Notes: generated from the sequence alone by a model not told the origin. DNA of 64,000 bases from an uncultured Gammaproteobacteria bacterium (GCA_964552205.1 CAZKFT010000003.1:35016-99015); one strand, 5' to 3'. Positions 8,721 through 18,612 are shown, counted from the first letter of the stretch. Numbers and translations: made by a program.

Positions 8721-9995
8721 ATGACCGAATCGCTCTTTTCAGAAGCCAGCCGATACATTCCCGGCGGTGTGAACTCGCCTGTTCGCGCATTCCGTGGCGT
8801 GGGCGGGGACCCCTTGTTCATCAAGCGGGCTCAGGGCGCTTATATAGAAGGAGAGAATGGGCGGCGCTATATCGACTATGTCGGCTCCTGGGGTCCCATG
8901 ATTTGTGGCCATGCCCACCCAGCGGTGATCGAAGCGGTGCAGAAGGTCGCTGTGGATGGCTTGAGCTTCGGCGCGCCCTGCGTCCTGGAGACGGAACTCG
9001 CGAAGCGGGTGTGTGGCCTCGTTCCATCCATCGAACTGGTGCGATTTGTCAGTTCCGGCACCGAGGCGACCATGAGCGCCATTCGCCTCGCGCGCGGTTA
9101 CACCGGCCGCGATGCCATCGTGAAGTTCGAGGGTTGCTACCATGGACACTCCGACTCCCTGCTGGTGAAAGCGGGCTCCGGCGCGTTGACACTCGGCGTC
9201 CCCACCTCTCCCGGTGTACCTGCGGATTTCGCCAAGCACACCATCACCCTGCCGTTCAATGACGCAGCCGCAGCGGAACGCTGCTTCGCCGAACACGGCG
9301 AGCGCATCGCCTGCGTCATCGTCGAACCGGTCGCAGGCAATATGAACTGCATCCCGCCCGTTCCAGGTTTCCTGGAGACACTCCGCACGCAATGCGATGC
9401 ACACGGCACGGTCCTCATTTTCGATGAGGTGATGACGGGATTCCGAGTGGCGCTGGGTGGCGCGCAAGCGCATTACGGCGTGACGCCGGATTTGACCACC
9501 CTGGGCAAGGTCATCGGCGGCGGCATGCCGGTAGGCGCCTTCGGCGGCAAGCGTGCGGTGATGGAACACATCTCACCGCTAGGCCCGGTCTATCAGGCCG
9601 GAACGCTATCCGGGAATCCGGTGGCTATGGCGGCTGGCATTGCGACCCTGGACCTGGTCGCCGCGCCGGGCTTCCACGACAAGCTCGCGGAGACCACCAG
9701 AACATTGTGTGAAGGGCTGGAACACGCGGCCACGCAAGCCGGTGTGCCGCTCACCACGCACCATGTCGGTGGCATGTTCGGCTTCTTCTTCAGCGAGGCC
9801 CGCAATATCAGCACCTACGAGCAAGTCACGGCATGCGACATCGAGGCCTTCAAGCGCTTCTTCCACGCCATGCTCGAGGGCGGCGTATATCTTGCGCCAT
9901 CCGCTTACGAGGCTGGTTTCGTTTCATCTGCACACGGACCAACGGAAATCGAGGCAACGCTTGCTGTAGCGACTCAGGCCTTCAGTCTGCGCTGA
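8721..9995 (+). CDS. hemL: glutamate-1-semialdehyde 2,1-aminomutase
   Basis: 424 aa with [27 protein letters not shown] and [17 protein letters not shown] (PLP lysine). Confidence 0.95.
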   Translation: MTESLFSEASRYIPGGVNSPVRAFRGVGGDPLFIKRAQGAYIEGENGRRYIDYVGSWGPMICGHAHPAVIEAVQKVAVDGLSFGAPCVLETELAKRVCGLVPSIELVRFVSSGTEATMSAIRLARGYTGRDAIVKFEGCYHGHSDSLLVKAGSGALTLGVPTSPGVPADFAKHTITLPFNDAAAAERCFAEHGERIACVIVEPVAGNMNCIPPVPGFLETLRTQCDAHGTVLIFDEVMTGFRVALGGAQAHYGVTPDLTTLGKVIGGGMPVGAFGGKRAVMEHISPLGPVYQAGTLSGNPVAMAAGIATLDLVAAPGFHDKLAETTRTLCEGLEHAATQAGVPLTTHHVGGMFGFFFSEARNISTYEQVTACDIEAFKRFFHAMLEGGVYLAPSAYEAGFVSSAHGPTEIEATLAVATQAFSLR

Positions 9996-10563
9996 GGCTT
10001 GGCAAGGCCTGTGCAATCGCAGCCAGGCGTTCAATCGGATCCAGAATCTCCAACTGCGCCTGCCGCGCCGACAGGGACAGCGGCAGCAGTTCCGAAAGTC
10101 GGTCAGCCACCCAACCAGCATCGTTGCGCGGGAAGGATTCCGCAGGTGCGTCATGTATCTCGGCCAACATCCGGATTGCCAAATCCGCGAGCGCCTTGAA
10201 ATCATCCGGGACCATCACTTCCGCCGGCTCCGACAAGACCCTGATGTCGGCGACATTCAGCCCATCCGGCTCTACACCCGGGTTGGTGGCCTCGACCCTT
10301 TGTTCCCCGACACAGGTGATGTGCAGCAAGCCATCCTCGCCTTGGTCCCAATCCACAATGCGGGCAGTCGACCCCATTGGATGATAGCGCGCCCTTCCGA
10401 CCTCACTGCCCTGCTCAATCATGCAGACCACGAACGGGATGTCCTCGCGCATGCAACGGCGCACCATGTCGATATAGCGCGTTTCGAAGATGCGCAGCGG
10501 GAGGATGCCATCCGGGAACAGGACGGTGTTCAGCGGGAAAACCGGGAGATGGAGCTTGCTCAC
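9982..10563 (-). CDS. LON substrate-binding (Lon N-terminal) domain protein
   Basis: ORF 9982..10584. [29 protein letters not shown] is the Lon N-domain signature. GTG at 10563 forms a GTGA overlap with the ubiX stop, so I prefer that start. Confidence 0.75.
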   Translation of the reverse strand: MSKLHLPVFPLNTVLFPDGILPLRIFETRYIDMVRRCMREDIPFVVCMIEQGSEVGRARYHPMGSTARIVDWDQGEDGLLHITCVGEQRVEATNPGVEPDGLNVADIRVLSEPAEVMVPDDFKALADLAIRMLAEIHDAPAESFPRNDAGWVADRLSELLPLSLSARQAQLEILDPIERLAAIAQALPSLSAD

Positions 10564-11180
10564 TCCGGTTCCTGTGCACCCCACCGCGGTGCCAGGTCCT
10601 GAGCAATGCCCAGGTGGTCGAGCACCCGCGCGACGACGAAGTCGACGAGGTCCTCCACCCGTTGCGGCATGTGATAGAAAGCGGGATTCGCCGGCATGAT
10701 GGTCACGCCAATCTGCGCCAGCTTGAGCATATGCTCGAGATGAATTGGAGAGAACGGCATCTCACGCACCACGAGAATCAACGGTTGGCGTTCCTTGATC
10801 ATGACATCGGCTGCCCGCTCGATAAGGCTGCGACTCGCACCGGTGGCGATGGCAGCCAGCGTCGCCGTGGTGCATGGGCAGACCACCATGGCGGCCGGCG
10901 GATTGGATCCACTCGCCACCGGCGCAGTCCATTGCTCTTTGCCGTACACCACCAGCTGGCCCTCCTGCGCATCGGTGTATTCCACCAGTGTGCGTTCCAC
11001 CTGCGCGGTGGCCCCGGAGAGTTTGAGGTCCGTCTCCATATTGATGACGAGCTGCGCCGGACCCGACACCATGACCTGCACTTGTCGTCCGGCTTGCACC
11101 AGGCACTGCAGCAGACGCAAACCGTATTGCGCACCGGAAGCGCCGGTGAGAGCGACCGCGATCGGCTTATCGTTGTTCAT
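10560..11180 (-). CDS. ubiX: flavin prenyltransferase UbiX
   Basis: 206 aa with IAVALTGASGAQYGLRLL, VVCPCTTATLAAIA and MPFSPIHLEHM. The ATG overlaps the mpl stop (ATGA). Confidence 0.92.
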   Translation of the reverse strand: MNNDKPIAVALTGASGAQYGLRLLQCLVQAGRQVQVMVSGPAQLVINMETDLKLSGATAQVERTLVEYTDAQEGQLVVYGKEQWTAPVASGSNPPAAMVVCPCTTATLAAIATGASRSLIERAADVMIKERQPLILVVREMPFSPIHLEHMLKLAQIGVTIMPANPAFYHMPQRVEDLVDFVVARVLDHLGIAQDLAPRWGAQEPE

Positions 11181-12535
11181 GCGGCCTTCTCCAATGCGTC
11201 GAGGAGCTTCTGGTGGATGCCACCGAACCCACCGTTACTCATGACCAGTACCTGATCGCCGTCTCTCAGCATCGGCACCAGACGCGTCACGATGTCGTCC
11301 GGGCTGGCTGCTGCCCACGCCTCTCCGGAGAGCGATTTCAGGGTCGTTGGCACATCCCACGCGACACCCGCCGGAGAATGCAATACGACCATATCGGCAG
11401 CGCCCAGCGCCGCGGGTAACTGGTCTGCATGGTGACCCATACGCATGGTGTTTGAGCGCGGGTCCACGACCGCGATGATGCGCGCATCCTGATAACGACT
11501 GCGCAGGCCACCCAGCGTCGAGGCAATAGCCGTTGGATGGTGCGCGAAATCGTCCCAGATGGTCACGCCACCTACCGTACCTCTGGACTCCATCCGGCGC
11601 CGTACGCCGCCGAACGATGACAGGGCGCTCATGGAGACCGACGGCGGAACGCCTGCGTGCCGCGCGGCAGCGATGGCGGCCAATGCGTTCTCCACCATGT
11701 GCGCCCCGGCGTGATGCCATTGCACATCCCCCAATACACCGCCCGCGAACGCGACCTTGAAGGTGCTGAAGTCTGCAGCAATATCCAATGCCTCCCAGCC
11801 CGCTGGCGACCCGACGCGCTCAACCGGTGTCCAACAACCCATGTCCAACACGCGTTCCAATGCGGGCGCACCCGCATTGGAAACAATGCAACCGTTTCCG
11901 GGGATGGTGCGCACGAAATGGTGGAACTGCCGCTCGATGGCGGCGAGGTCTGGGAAGATATCCGCGTGGTCGAACTCCAGATTGTTCAGGATGGTCGTGC
12001 GCGGTCGGTAGTGGACGAACTTGGAACGCTTGTCAAAAAACGCCGTGTCGTATTCATCGGCCTCGACCACGAAGAACGGTGCCGCACCCAACCGCGCGGA
12101 AGTCTCAAAGTCCATCGGCACACCCCCGATGAGAAACCCGGGCGAGAGCCCCGCCTGTTCCAGTATCCATGCGAGCATGGTCGCTGTGGTTGTCTTACCG
12201 TGTGTGCCTGCAACCGCGAGTACCCAACGGTCTGCGAGCACCTGCTCAGCCAACCACTGCGGACCAGAGGTGTAGGGAATGCCACGCTCCAAGACCGCCT
12301 CTACAGCGGGATTTCCCCGCGAGAGCGCATTGCCTATGACGACAACATCCGGCGTCGGCTCCAACTGCGCCGGATCCCAGCCCTCTGTCAGTTGGATACC
12401 CAAGGCCTGAAGCTGCGTACTCATGGGCGGATAAACACCTGCATCCGCGCCGGTCACGCGATGACCAGCCGCTTTCGCCAATGCAGCGATGCCGCCCATG
12501 AAGGTGCCGCAGATTCCGAGGATGTGCAGGTGCAT
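11177..12535 (-). CDS. mpl: UDP-N-acetylmuramate:L-alanyl-gamma-D-glutamyl-meso-diaminopimelate ligase
   Basis: ORF 11177..12640 trimmed to ATG 12535 (MHLHILGICGTFMGGIAALA). AGTHGKTTT (P-loop) and EADEYDTAFFDKRSKF are Mpl-specific relative to MurC. Confidence 0.9.
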   Translation of the reverse strand: MHLHILGICGTFMGGIAALAKAAGHRVTGADAGVYPPMSTQLQALGIQLTEGWDPAQLEPTPDVVVIGNALSRGNPAVEAVLERGIPYTSGPQWLAEQVLADRWVLAVAGTHGKTTTATMLAWILEQAGLSPGFLIGGVPMDFETSARLGAAPFFVVEADEYDTAFFDKRSKFVHYRPRTTILNNLEFDHADIFPDLAAIERQFHHFVRTIPGNGCIVSNAGAPALERVLDMGCWTPVERVGSPAGWEALDIAADFSTFKVAFAGGVLGDVQWHHAGAHMVENALAAIAAARHAGVPPSVSMSALSSFGGVRRRMESRGTVGGVTIWDDFAHHPTAIASTLGGLRSRYQDARIIAVVDPRSNTMRMGHHADQLPAALGAADMVVLHSPAGVAWDVPTTLKSLSGEAWAAASPDDIVTRLVPMLRDGDQVLVMSNGGFGGIHQKLLDALEKAA

Positions 12536-12557
12536 GGTCTGCGATAATAGCAGTCCA

Positions 12558-13649
12558 ATGTTCGAACTTGTCGCAGACCGCCCCGCTCTTCTCGACCTCG
12601 CCCAGCGGCTCTCCACCGCTGACTGGATAGGCCTGGACACCGAGTTCGTCCGCGAGACGACCTACTGGCCGAAACTGTGCCTGGTTCAGGTCTCCACCCG
12701 GGAGGGCGTGGTTGCCCTGGTGGACCCCATTGCGCTCGGCGATATCACGCCCCTGCTGGACATCCTTTGGCGATCCGATGTCTTGAAGGTCTACCACGCC
12801 GGCTCACAGGACCTTGAGTTGTTCTATCGGCTGCGCGGCGCGCTGCCCGGACCGGTGTTCGACACCCAGGTGGCGGCGGCGCTCACCGGGGACGACGACC
12901 AGATCGGATACGCGGCCGCTGTCGAGGCGCACTTGTCAGTGAAACTCGCCAAGGCCCACACGCGCACGGATTGGTCGCGGCGCCCGTTGAAGGCGGGTGA
13001 ACTCGAATACGCGGCGGAAGATGTGCTGCATTTGCCGGCGCTATACGCGGCGCTGTCCGCAGAGCTGGAATCGCGCGGTCGCATGGACTGGGCGCTCTCG
13101 GAATCCCTCCTTGCCACGGATCCCACCCGGTATGCCGCGAACCCGGACGCTGCATGGAAACGAGTCAAAGGCATGCGCGACTTGGATGGAACCAGCATGG
13201 CTATCTTGCGTGCCCTCGCTGCCTGGCGGGAACGCACGGCAGAAAGCAGCGACCGGCCACGACGCTGGATTTTGGGCGACGAGCCCTTGTTGCGCATTGC
13301 CCGCGAACAACCCGCGGATGCCAACGCACTTGCCGCCATCGAAGGCATGCCGGCAGCCGTGGTTCGCAAACACGCTGCTGCCTTGCTCGCCGTGGTGGAA
13401 ACAGGGCGAGAAAGCCCGCTGGAGAACTATGCGGCTCTTGAAGGCCTGGACCGGAAGGAACGCGACCGCGTGGATGCACTGATGAAACATGTTCGCGCAA
13501 GGTCGCAGGAACTGCGAATCGCGCCAGCGATGCTGGCGACACGGAAAGACTGCGAGGCAATCGTGCGCGGTACACCGCCAGCCGGCTTGTTGACCGGCTG
13601 GCGGGCGGGTTTGATTGGCGAAGAACTGCTGGAAATAGCTACGCCTTAA
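12558..13649 (+). CDS. rnd: ribonuclease D
   Basis: ORF 12489..13649 trimmed to ATG 12558 (MFELVADRPAL). It has DEDD exonuclease motifs (IGLDTEF, KVYHAGSQDLE, YAAEDVLHL) plus an HRDC region. Confidence 0.88.
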   Translation: MFELVADRPALLDLAQRLSTADWIGLDTEFVRETTYWPKLCLVQVSTREGVVALVDPIALGDITPLLDILWRSDVLKVYHAGSQDLELFYRLRGALPGPVFDTQVAAALTGDDDQIGYAAAVEAHLSVKLAKAHTRTDWSRRPLKAGELEYAAEDVLHLPALYAALSAELESRGRMDWALSESLLATDPTRYAANPDAAWKRVKGMRDLDGTSMAILRALAAWRERTAESSDRPRRWILGDEPLLRIAREQPADANALAAIEGMPAAVVRKHAAALLAVVETGRESPLENYAALEGLDRKERDRVDALMKHVRARSQELRIAPAMLATRKDCEAIVRGTPPAGLLTGWRAGLIGEELLEIATP

Positions 13650-14749
13650 CGGCGGCGGCGTGCTGCTGCCTTCTTTTTCTTCGGCGCAGGCTTCTTTTTC
13701 TTTGGTGCAGCTTTCTTCTTGGGTGCTGGCTTCTTTCTCTTCGGCGCGGCTTTCTTCTTGGGTGCCGACTTCTTTTTCTTCGGCGCGGCTTTCTTCTTGG
13801 TCACTTTCCGCTTGGGCGCAGCACGCTTGGCAGACTTCTTTTTCGCGACCTTCTTCTTCGCAGCTACCTTTTTCTTCGGTGCAGCCTTCTTCTTGGCCAC
13901 CTTTTTCTTCGCAGCTACCTTCTTCTTGGCCACCTTCTTCTTCGCGACCTTCTTTTTCTTGGGCGCGGCTTTCTTCTTCGGCGCGGCCTTCTTCTTGGCC
14001 GGCTTCACCTCGGCCTTGGCTTTCGGCTTCGCCTTCTTGGCAGCGGCGGCCACGACCGCGGTGATGGCATCGACTGCGCTGGAGGCTTTGGCCTTCTTCC
14101 TGCGCAGCACATCCACAATGGCGGTTACGCGTTTGAACACCGCGTTAACCTCGCCAAACCCGTCCACCTCGGCGAGCTTGTCCTGCTCGTCGTAGTAACC
14201 GACAAGCGGCTTCGTCTGGGTATCGTAGACACGCAAGCGGTTGGAGATGGTTTCTTCGTTGTCGTCGGCACGGTGGTGCAGCGTGCCACCACACTTGTCG
14301 CACTGGCCATCGAGTTTCGGGGGCGAAGTGAACATGTTGTACAGCGTGCCGCAGGAAGTGCAGGTTCGACGACCGACCATGCGCTGCAGGAGGATGTCGA
14401 AGTCCACGTCAATCAGCAGCGCCATATCCAAGGGTTGGCCCATGCCGAGGAGCATCTGATCCAGCGCCTGCGCCTGAGCCAGATTCCGCGGGAAGCCGTC
14501 CAGCACAAACCCGCTTCGGGCGTCGCGCTCGCGCAGGCGTTCGCGGATGATGCCGAGCACGATGTCGTCGGAGACGAGCTGCCCGGCATCCATGGCCGCC
14601 TTGGCCTGAAGTCCCAGCGGCGTCCCGGAAACCAGGGCAGCACGCAAAAGGTCACCCGTGGACACCTGCGGGATGCCGTATTTGTCCACAAGCAACTTGG
14701 ACTGGGTGCCTTTGCCGGAGCCCGGCGCGCCCAGAAGCACGATTCTCAT
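13646..14749 (-). CDS. adk: adenylate kinase fused to a 152-aa Lys/Ala/Pro-rich histone-H1-like C-terminal tail
   Basis: 367-aa uninterrupted ORF. Residues 1-215 are a long-lid Adk (GAPGSGKGTQ, FVLDGFPRN, Cys4 lid CTSC...CDKC). Residues 216-367 (nt 13649-14104) consist almost only of K/A/P/V (KKKVAKKK, KKKAAPKKK, ...AARRRR). Confidence 0.85.
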   Translation of the reverse strand: MRIVLLGAPGSGKGTQSKLLVDKYGIPQVSTGDLLRAALVSGTPLGLQAKAAMDAGQLVSDDIVLGIIRERLRERDARSGFVLDGFPRNLAQAQALDQMLLGMGQPLDMALLIDVDFDILLQRMVGRRTCTSCGTLYNMFTSPPKLDGQCDKCGGTLHHRADDNEETISNRLRVYDTQTKPLVGYYDEQDKLAEVDGFGEVNAVFKRVTAIVDVLRRKKAKASSAVDAITAVVAAAAKKAKPKAKAEVKPAKKKAAPKKKAAPKKKKVAKKKVAKKKVAAKKKVAKKKAAPKKKVAAKKKVAKKKSAKRAAPKRKVTKKKAAPKKKKSAPKKKAAPKRKKPAPKKKAAPKKKKPAPKKKKAAARRRR

Positions 14750-14908
14750 TATTGACAGCCCCTATTCGGTTGGTGGTTATCGGGGGACGGTCAAGTTAAC
14801 CGCACGCCCGCGACCCGTCAACGAAGATATAATAGGCGGCGCAGTAGGTCGCACAGTCGTTTGCTTGGGTTTCTATATATATTTCATGGGTTTACAGGAA
14901 TAACCATC

Positions 14909-16171
14909 ATGCCGAAAAAGAATGCGTTCTACGCCCAGTCGGGCGGGGTCACCGCGGTCATCAACGCCTCCGCTGCCGGGGTCATCGAGACCTGCAGGGC
15001 GAACAAGGACCGCATCGGCAAGGTCTTCGCCGGACGCAACGGCATCATCGGGGCACTGACTGAGGACCTGATCGACACCAGCAAGGATTCGGCGGCAGCC
15101 ATCCGCGCCTTGCGGCATACCCCCTCCGGGGCTTTCGGTTCCTGTCGTTACAAACTCAAAGGCCTGGACCAGAACCGTGCCGAGTACGAACGCCTTGTGG
15201 ATGTGTTCCGCGCACACAATATCGGTTACTTCTTCTACAACGGTGGCGGCGATTCGGCGGACACCTGCCTCAAGGTGTCGCAACTTTCCGAATCCCTTGG
15301 ATACCCCATCCAGGCCATCCACGTCCCGAAGACCGTGGACAATGACCTACCCATCACCGACTGCTGTCCCGGATTTGGCTCGGTGGCGAAATATGTCGCG
15401 GTATCCATCCGCGAAGCCGGGTTCGATGTCGCCTCTATGGCCAAAACCTCAACCAAGGTGTTCGTCATGGAAGTCATGGGACGGCATGCAGGCTGGATCG
15501 CCGCCGCCGGCGGACTGGCCGCTGAGAAAGACGGCGACGCACCGCAGGTTATCTTGTTCCCGGAAATCGTGTTTGACGAGAAGAAATTTCTGGCGCGCGT
15601 CAAACGCTCGGTGGAGAAGTTCGGCTACTGCGCCATCGTCGTGTCCGAGGGTGTACGCAACGCGGAGGGTCAGTTCCTAGCGGAAGCCGGTACACGCGAC
15701 GCCTTCGGCCATGCCCAACTGGGTGGTGTTGCGCCGGTCATCGCCGACCTCGTGAAGCGCGAGCTCGGCTACAAATACCATTGGGCGGTTGCGGACTACC
15801 TGCAGCGCGCCGCGCGCCATATCGCCTCGAAGACTGATGTCGAGCAGGCTTATGCTGTCGGCAAGGCTGCGGTTCAGCTTGCCCTTAAAGGCAAAAACTC
15901 GGTGATGGTCACTATCGAGCGCACATCAGACAAACCCTACAAGTGGAAAACGGGGACCGCCCCACTGGCAAAGGTCGCGAATCATGAAAAATTCATGCCG
16001 CGCAATTACATCACCCGCGATGGCTTCCACATCACAGATGCCTGCCGACGCTATCTGTCACCCTTGATCCAAGGCGAGGACTACCCACCCTACAAGAACG
16101 GGCTGCCGCAATATGTCACGCTCAAGAATGTGGCGGTGAAAAAGAAACTCCCGCCGTTCAAGCTCAAATAG
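14909..16171 (+). CDS. pfp: 6-phosphofructokinase, about 420-aa class; PPi dependence likely but not proven from sequence
   Basis: ORF 14861..16171 trimmed to ATG 14909 (MPKKNAFYAQSGGVTAVINA). It has the PFK motifs NGGGDS, VPKTVDNDL and MGRHAGW. Its size and N-terminus resemble the Xanthomonas/Methylococcus PPi-PFK group. Confidence 0.75.
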   Translation: MPKKNAFYAQSGGVTAVINASAAGVIETCRANKDRIGKVFAGRNGIIGALTEDLIDTSKDSAAAIRALRHTPSGAFGSCRYKLKGLDQNRAEYERLVDVFRAHNIGYFFYNGGGDSADTCLKVSQLSESLGYPIQAIHVPKTVDNDLPITDCCPGFGSVAKYVAVSIREAGFDVASMAKTSTKVFVMEVMGRHAGWIAAAGGLAAEKDGDAPQVILFPEIVFDEKKFLARVKRSVEKFGYCAIVVSEGVRNAEGQFLAEAGTRDAFGHAQLGGVAPVIADLVKRELGYKYHWAVADYLQRAARHIASKTDVEQAYAVGKAAVQLALKGKNSVMVTIERTSDKPYKWKTGTAPLAKVANHEKFMPRNYITRDGFHITDACRRYLSPLIQGEDYPPYKNGLPQYVTLKNVAVKKKLPPFKLK

Positions 16172-16172
16172 A

Positions 16173-17828
16173 TCAGCGACGCTCCAGTCCCAACACCTCG
16201 AAGCCCTGTTCGAAGACCACATCCACCGGGATACCGGCGGAATTCAGTCGCGCCAAGTCCTCGGCAAGCGCAGTGCCGATGATGCCGTGGGAGTCGAGCA
16301 AAGCGCCAACACCCGCGTAGTCACCGTCGCCCTGCAACATGAGGATGCGACGGGCCAGTGACTGGACAGCGTCCTGCATCGCCTCGAAGTTGACGCTGTA
16401 CTTGCCATTGTCACCGCGGGTGAACGCGCCCTGCTCCGCGAAATAATTGAACTGCATCATGTTGGCACGACCATGCGCGCTGGAGGCGCCGAAGCGCACC
16501 GAGCGGAACAAACCGGCCATGAAAGTCACATAGTGGTCCAGTAGTTCACCTTCCTGCAGCTCACCGGCTTCGAACAGCTTCGTGATCATGTACAGACCGA
16601 GCACATCCGCCTTGGCCTCTTCCAGTGCGCCCCCGAACTCACGTAGTGCCTCCCGCACAGTGCCTTGCCCGTCCAGCGTGTTCTTGATGCCGAGACCGTG
16701 CGCCACCTCGTGGAACATCACATTGGAGAAAAACGCGTTGAAGGTGATGTTCCCCTGCAGGTTCTCCGCTACGAGCTCATCTGCGATGGGCACCAGGATT
16801 TCGTCGTACTTGGCGCGCATGGAATTGCGCAACTGCAGTCGGCGTGTGCCCTTGGCCAACTGCACTTGCTCGTCGTTCGGCAGGTTGATGGCGATGGTCT
16901 TCGCACCGGCATTGGAGTCGCCAGCGTAATAGATTGCGTCATAAGCATTCAGGTCTGCATCGCTCCCCGGTGTTTCGGCCTTGTACTCGTCCGGCACCGG
17001 CAGTCCGCGTTGCAGCTCGGGCAGGAAAGCCGCGAACCGGGCGAGACGCTCGGACCACTCCATGTCCTTGATGAGCACGAAGGCCTCGAATGCGGTGCGG
17101 TACCCGAACAACCTGTCTTCATAGTGCTCGATTGGGCCGATGACCACCTCGATACGGTTGGACTTCATGTCCATCCAAGCCATATCCGACGGCTGGTACT
17201 CATCCGATACCAGCGCATCCGCACGCAACGCGAGATACCGCCGAAGTCCGTCGTCCTCTGCCAGGGCCGAGGCTTCACGGAGGTAGGCAGCCGCACGCGC
17301 CAACGGCTCCGCGTGCATGACCGAGTAAGGCACCAGCATCAGCTCGCCATTGTCATCGCGCCGCACATAGGAGTACTCGCCCGTTTTTGCCGGCTCGTCC
17401 CAGGCTTCGAACTCCTCGCGCGTCATGTCCTGGGGATAGAAGTTGGACGCCGGTGGCTTGGTCTCGTAGCCGTCGATGAACGGACTCAATCCTGCGAGGC
17501 GGTCCCAAGGCCCGTAGTTGATCAGGGCAAACTCCCGGGCAGCGGAATCCTGAATGCTCGCAAGCAGCGCGTCACGGTCACCGTAGGCCTGGTACCAGAA
17601 CAGCTCGTCCATGATTTCCGCTGCCTGGATGAGCGGCATCAACATCGCACGCTCGGACTCGGACAGAACGCTGAGGTCGGCGGTCAAAGGCACGCTGGCG
17701 TAGATGTGCGGGCGCACCGCGCTGCCATCTTGGCCTTGCGACGACGCTTGCTGCGGCGGGTCAATCTGTCCGCAGGCAGGTAGGGCGAAAACTGCTGCAA
17801 TCAGCAGCGCTCTGGTATTCTCGAACAT
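16173..17828 (-). CDS. M49 (dipeptidyl-peptidase III)-like zinc metallopeptidase, probable lipoprotein
   Basis: ORF 16173..17948 trimmed to ATG 17828 (MFENTRALLIAAVFALPAC, lipobox-like). It has the HEVAH zinc motif and the second M49-type motif EEAKAD. Confidence 0.6.
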   Translation of the reverse strand: MFENTRALLIAAVFALPACGQIDPPQQASSQGQDGSAVRPHIYASVPLTADLSVLSESERAMLMPLIQAAEIMDELFWYQAYGDRDALLASIQDSAAREFALINYGPWDRLAGLSPFIDGYETKPPASNFYPQDMTREEFEAWDEPAKTGEYSYVRRDDNGELMLVPYSVMHAEPLARAAAYLREASALAEDDGLRRYLALRADALVSDEYQPSDMAWMDMKSNRIEVVIGPIEHYEDRLFGYRTAFEAFVLIKDMEWSERLARFAAFLPELQRGLPVPDEYKAETPGSDADLNAYDAIYYAGDSNAGAKTIAINLPNDEQVQLAKGTRRLQLRNSMRAKYDEILVPIADELVAENLQGNITFNAFFSNVMFHEVAHGLGIKNTLDGQGTVREALREFGGALEEAKADVLGLYMITKLFEAGELQEGELLDHYVTFMAGLFRSVRFGASSAHGRANMMQFNYFAEQGAFTRGDNGKYSVNFEAMQDAVQSLARRILMLQGDGDYAGVGALLDSHGIIGTALAEDLARLNSAGIPVDVVFEQGFEVLGLERR

Positions 17829-17859
17829 GGAAATTCTCCGGCACAAAGGGGGTGTCGTC

Positions 17860-18420
17860 ATGGTCAGTCTCGCATCACTGTGGCTTCCGATTCTACTCTC
17901 CGCCATTTTCGTCTTCTTCGCCAGCTCCATCATCCACATGGTCCTCAAGTATCACAATTCCGACTACGGCAAGCTGGATGCAGAGGCCGCCATCCGCGAC
18001 GCGCTGCGCCCGCACGACCTCAAGCCCGGTTTCTACGCCATGCCGCACCTCATCGGAGTGGACTGGAAGGACCCCGCGGTCAAGGAAAGTCTGGAACGCG
18101 GACCCAACGCCTACCTCACCGTCATGCCCAAGGGCATGTTCAACATGGGAAAAACTCTGGGGCTGTGGTTTGTGCACTGTCTCGTCATCTCTGCCTTCGT
18201 CGCGTGGGTCGCAGCTAAGACCATCGCGCCGGGCACCGAGTACATGGAGGTATTCTGCATTGTCGCTCTGGTGGGGTTCGCAGCACATGCGCTGGCATCG
18301 CCATCCGAGTCCATCTGGTTCCATCGTCCTTGGCTGATGACCGCCAAGCACATGTTTGATGGACTCATTTATGCGCTGCTCACCGCCGGCACCTTCGGCT
18401 GGTTGTGGCCAGCCATGTGA
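17860..18420 (+). CDS. conserved membrane protein of unknown function
   Basis: ORF 17704..18420. ATG 17860 is preceded by AAAGGGGG and starts a hydrophobic segment (MVSLASLWLPILLSAIFVFFASSIIH). About 4 predicted TM segments, and no family recognised. Confidence 0.55.
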   Translation: MVSLASLWLPILLSAIFVFFASSIIHMVLKYHNSDYGKLDAEAAIRDALRPHDLKPGFYAMPHLIGVDWKDPAVKESLERGPNAYLTVMPKGMFNMGKTLGLWFVHCLVISAFVAWVAAKTIAPGTEYMEVFCIVALVGFAAHALASPSESIWFHRPWLMTAKHMFDGLIYALLTAGTFGWLWPAM

Positions 18421-18465
18421 AACTCTGTTTGACTCTCGGGGGAAGCGCCGCTAAGCTTCCCCGCG

Positions 18466-18543
18466 ATGTCGAACTTCACGCACGGAATTGTTGCCCGCAA
18501 CTGGTGGTGGTGGACCCACTCACCGGCGGGCGCTCGTGCGTGA
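18466..18543 (+). CDS. trpL: trp operon leader peptide (4 consecutive Trp codons)
   Basis: Not in ORF track. The ORF reads ATG TCG AAC TTC ACG CAC GGA ATT GTT GCC CGC AAC TGG TGG TGG TGG ACC CAC TCA CCG GCG GGC GCT CGT GCG TGA, giving MSNFTHGIVARNWWWWTHSPAGARA. It is followed by alternative hairpins and a terminator. The SD is weak. Confidence 0.75.
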   Translation: MSNFTHGIVARNWWWWTHSPAGARA

Positions 18544-18585
18544 CTCCGGCAACAGGCTGAACGCCTGCTGACCGGATGAACCCCT

Positions 18586-18612
18586 AAAGCCCGCCACCCG
18601 GCGGGCTTTTCC
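18586..18612 (+). terminator. attenuator (intrinsic terminator) of the trp leader
   Basis: The sequence is AAAGCCCGCC-ACCC-GGCGGGCTTTTCC. The 5' arm GCCCGCC (18589-95) can instead pair with GGCGGGC at 18525-31 (antiterminator). That segment in turn can pair with GCCCGC at 18493-98, just upstream of the Trp codons. Confidence 0.8.

Noticed and set aside
13660-14195. Plus-strand ORFs 13660..14064 (Ser/Phe/Leu-rich) and 13719..14195 (poly-Phe/Ala) opposite the adk tail.
   Set aside because: They are mirror images of the AAG/GCN repeat coding for the Lys/Ala tail. Their composition is implausible and they have no start context. The minus-strand frame is continuous with a bona fide Adk.
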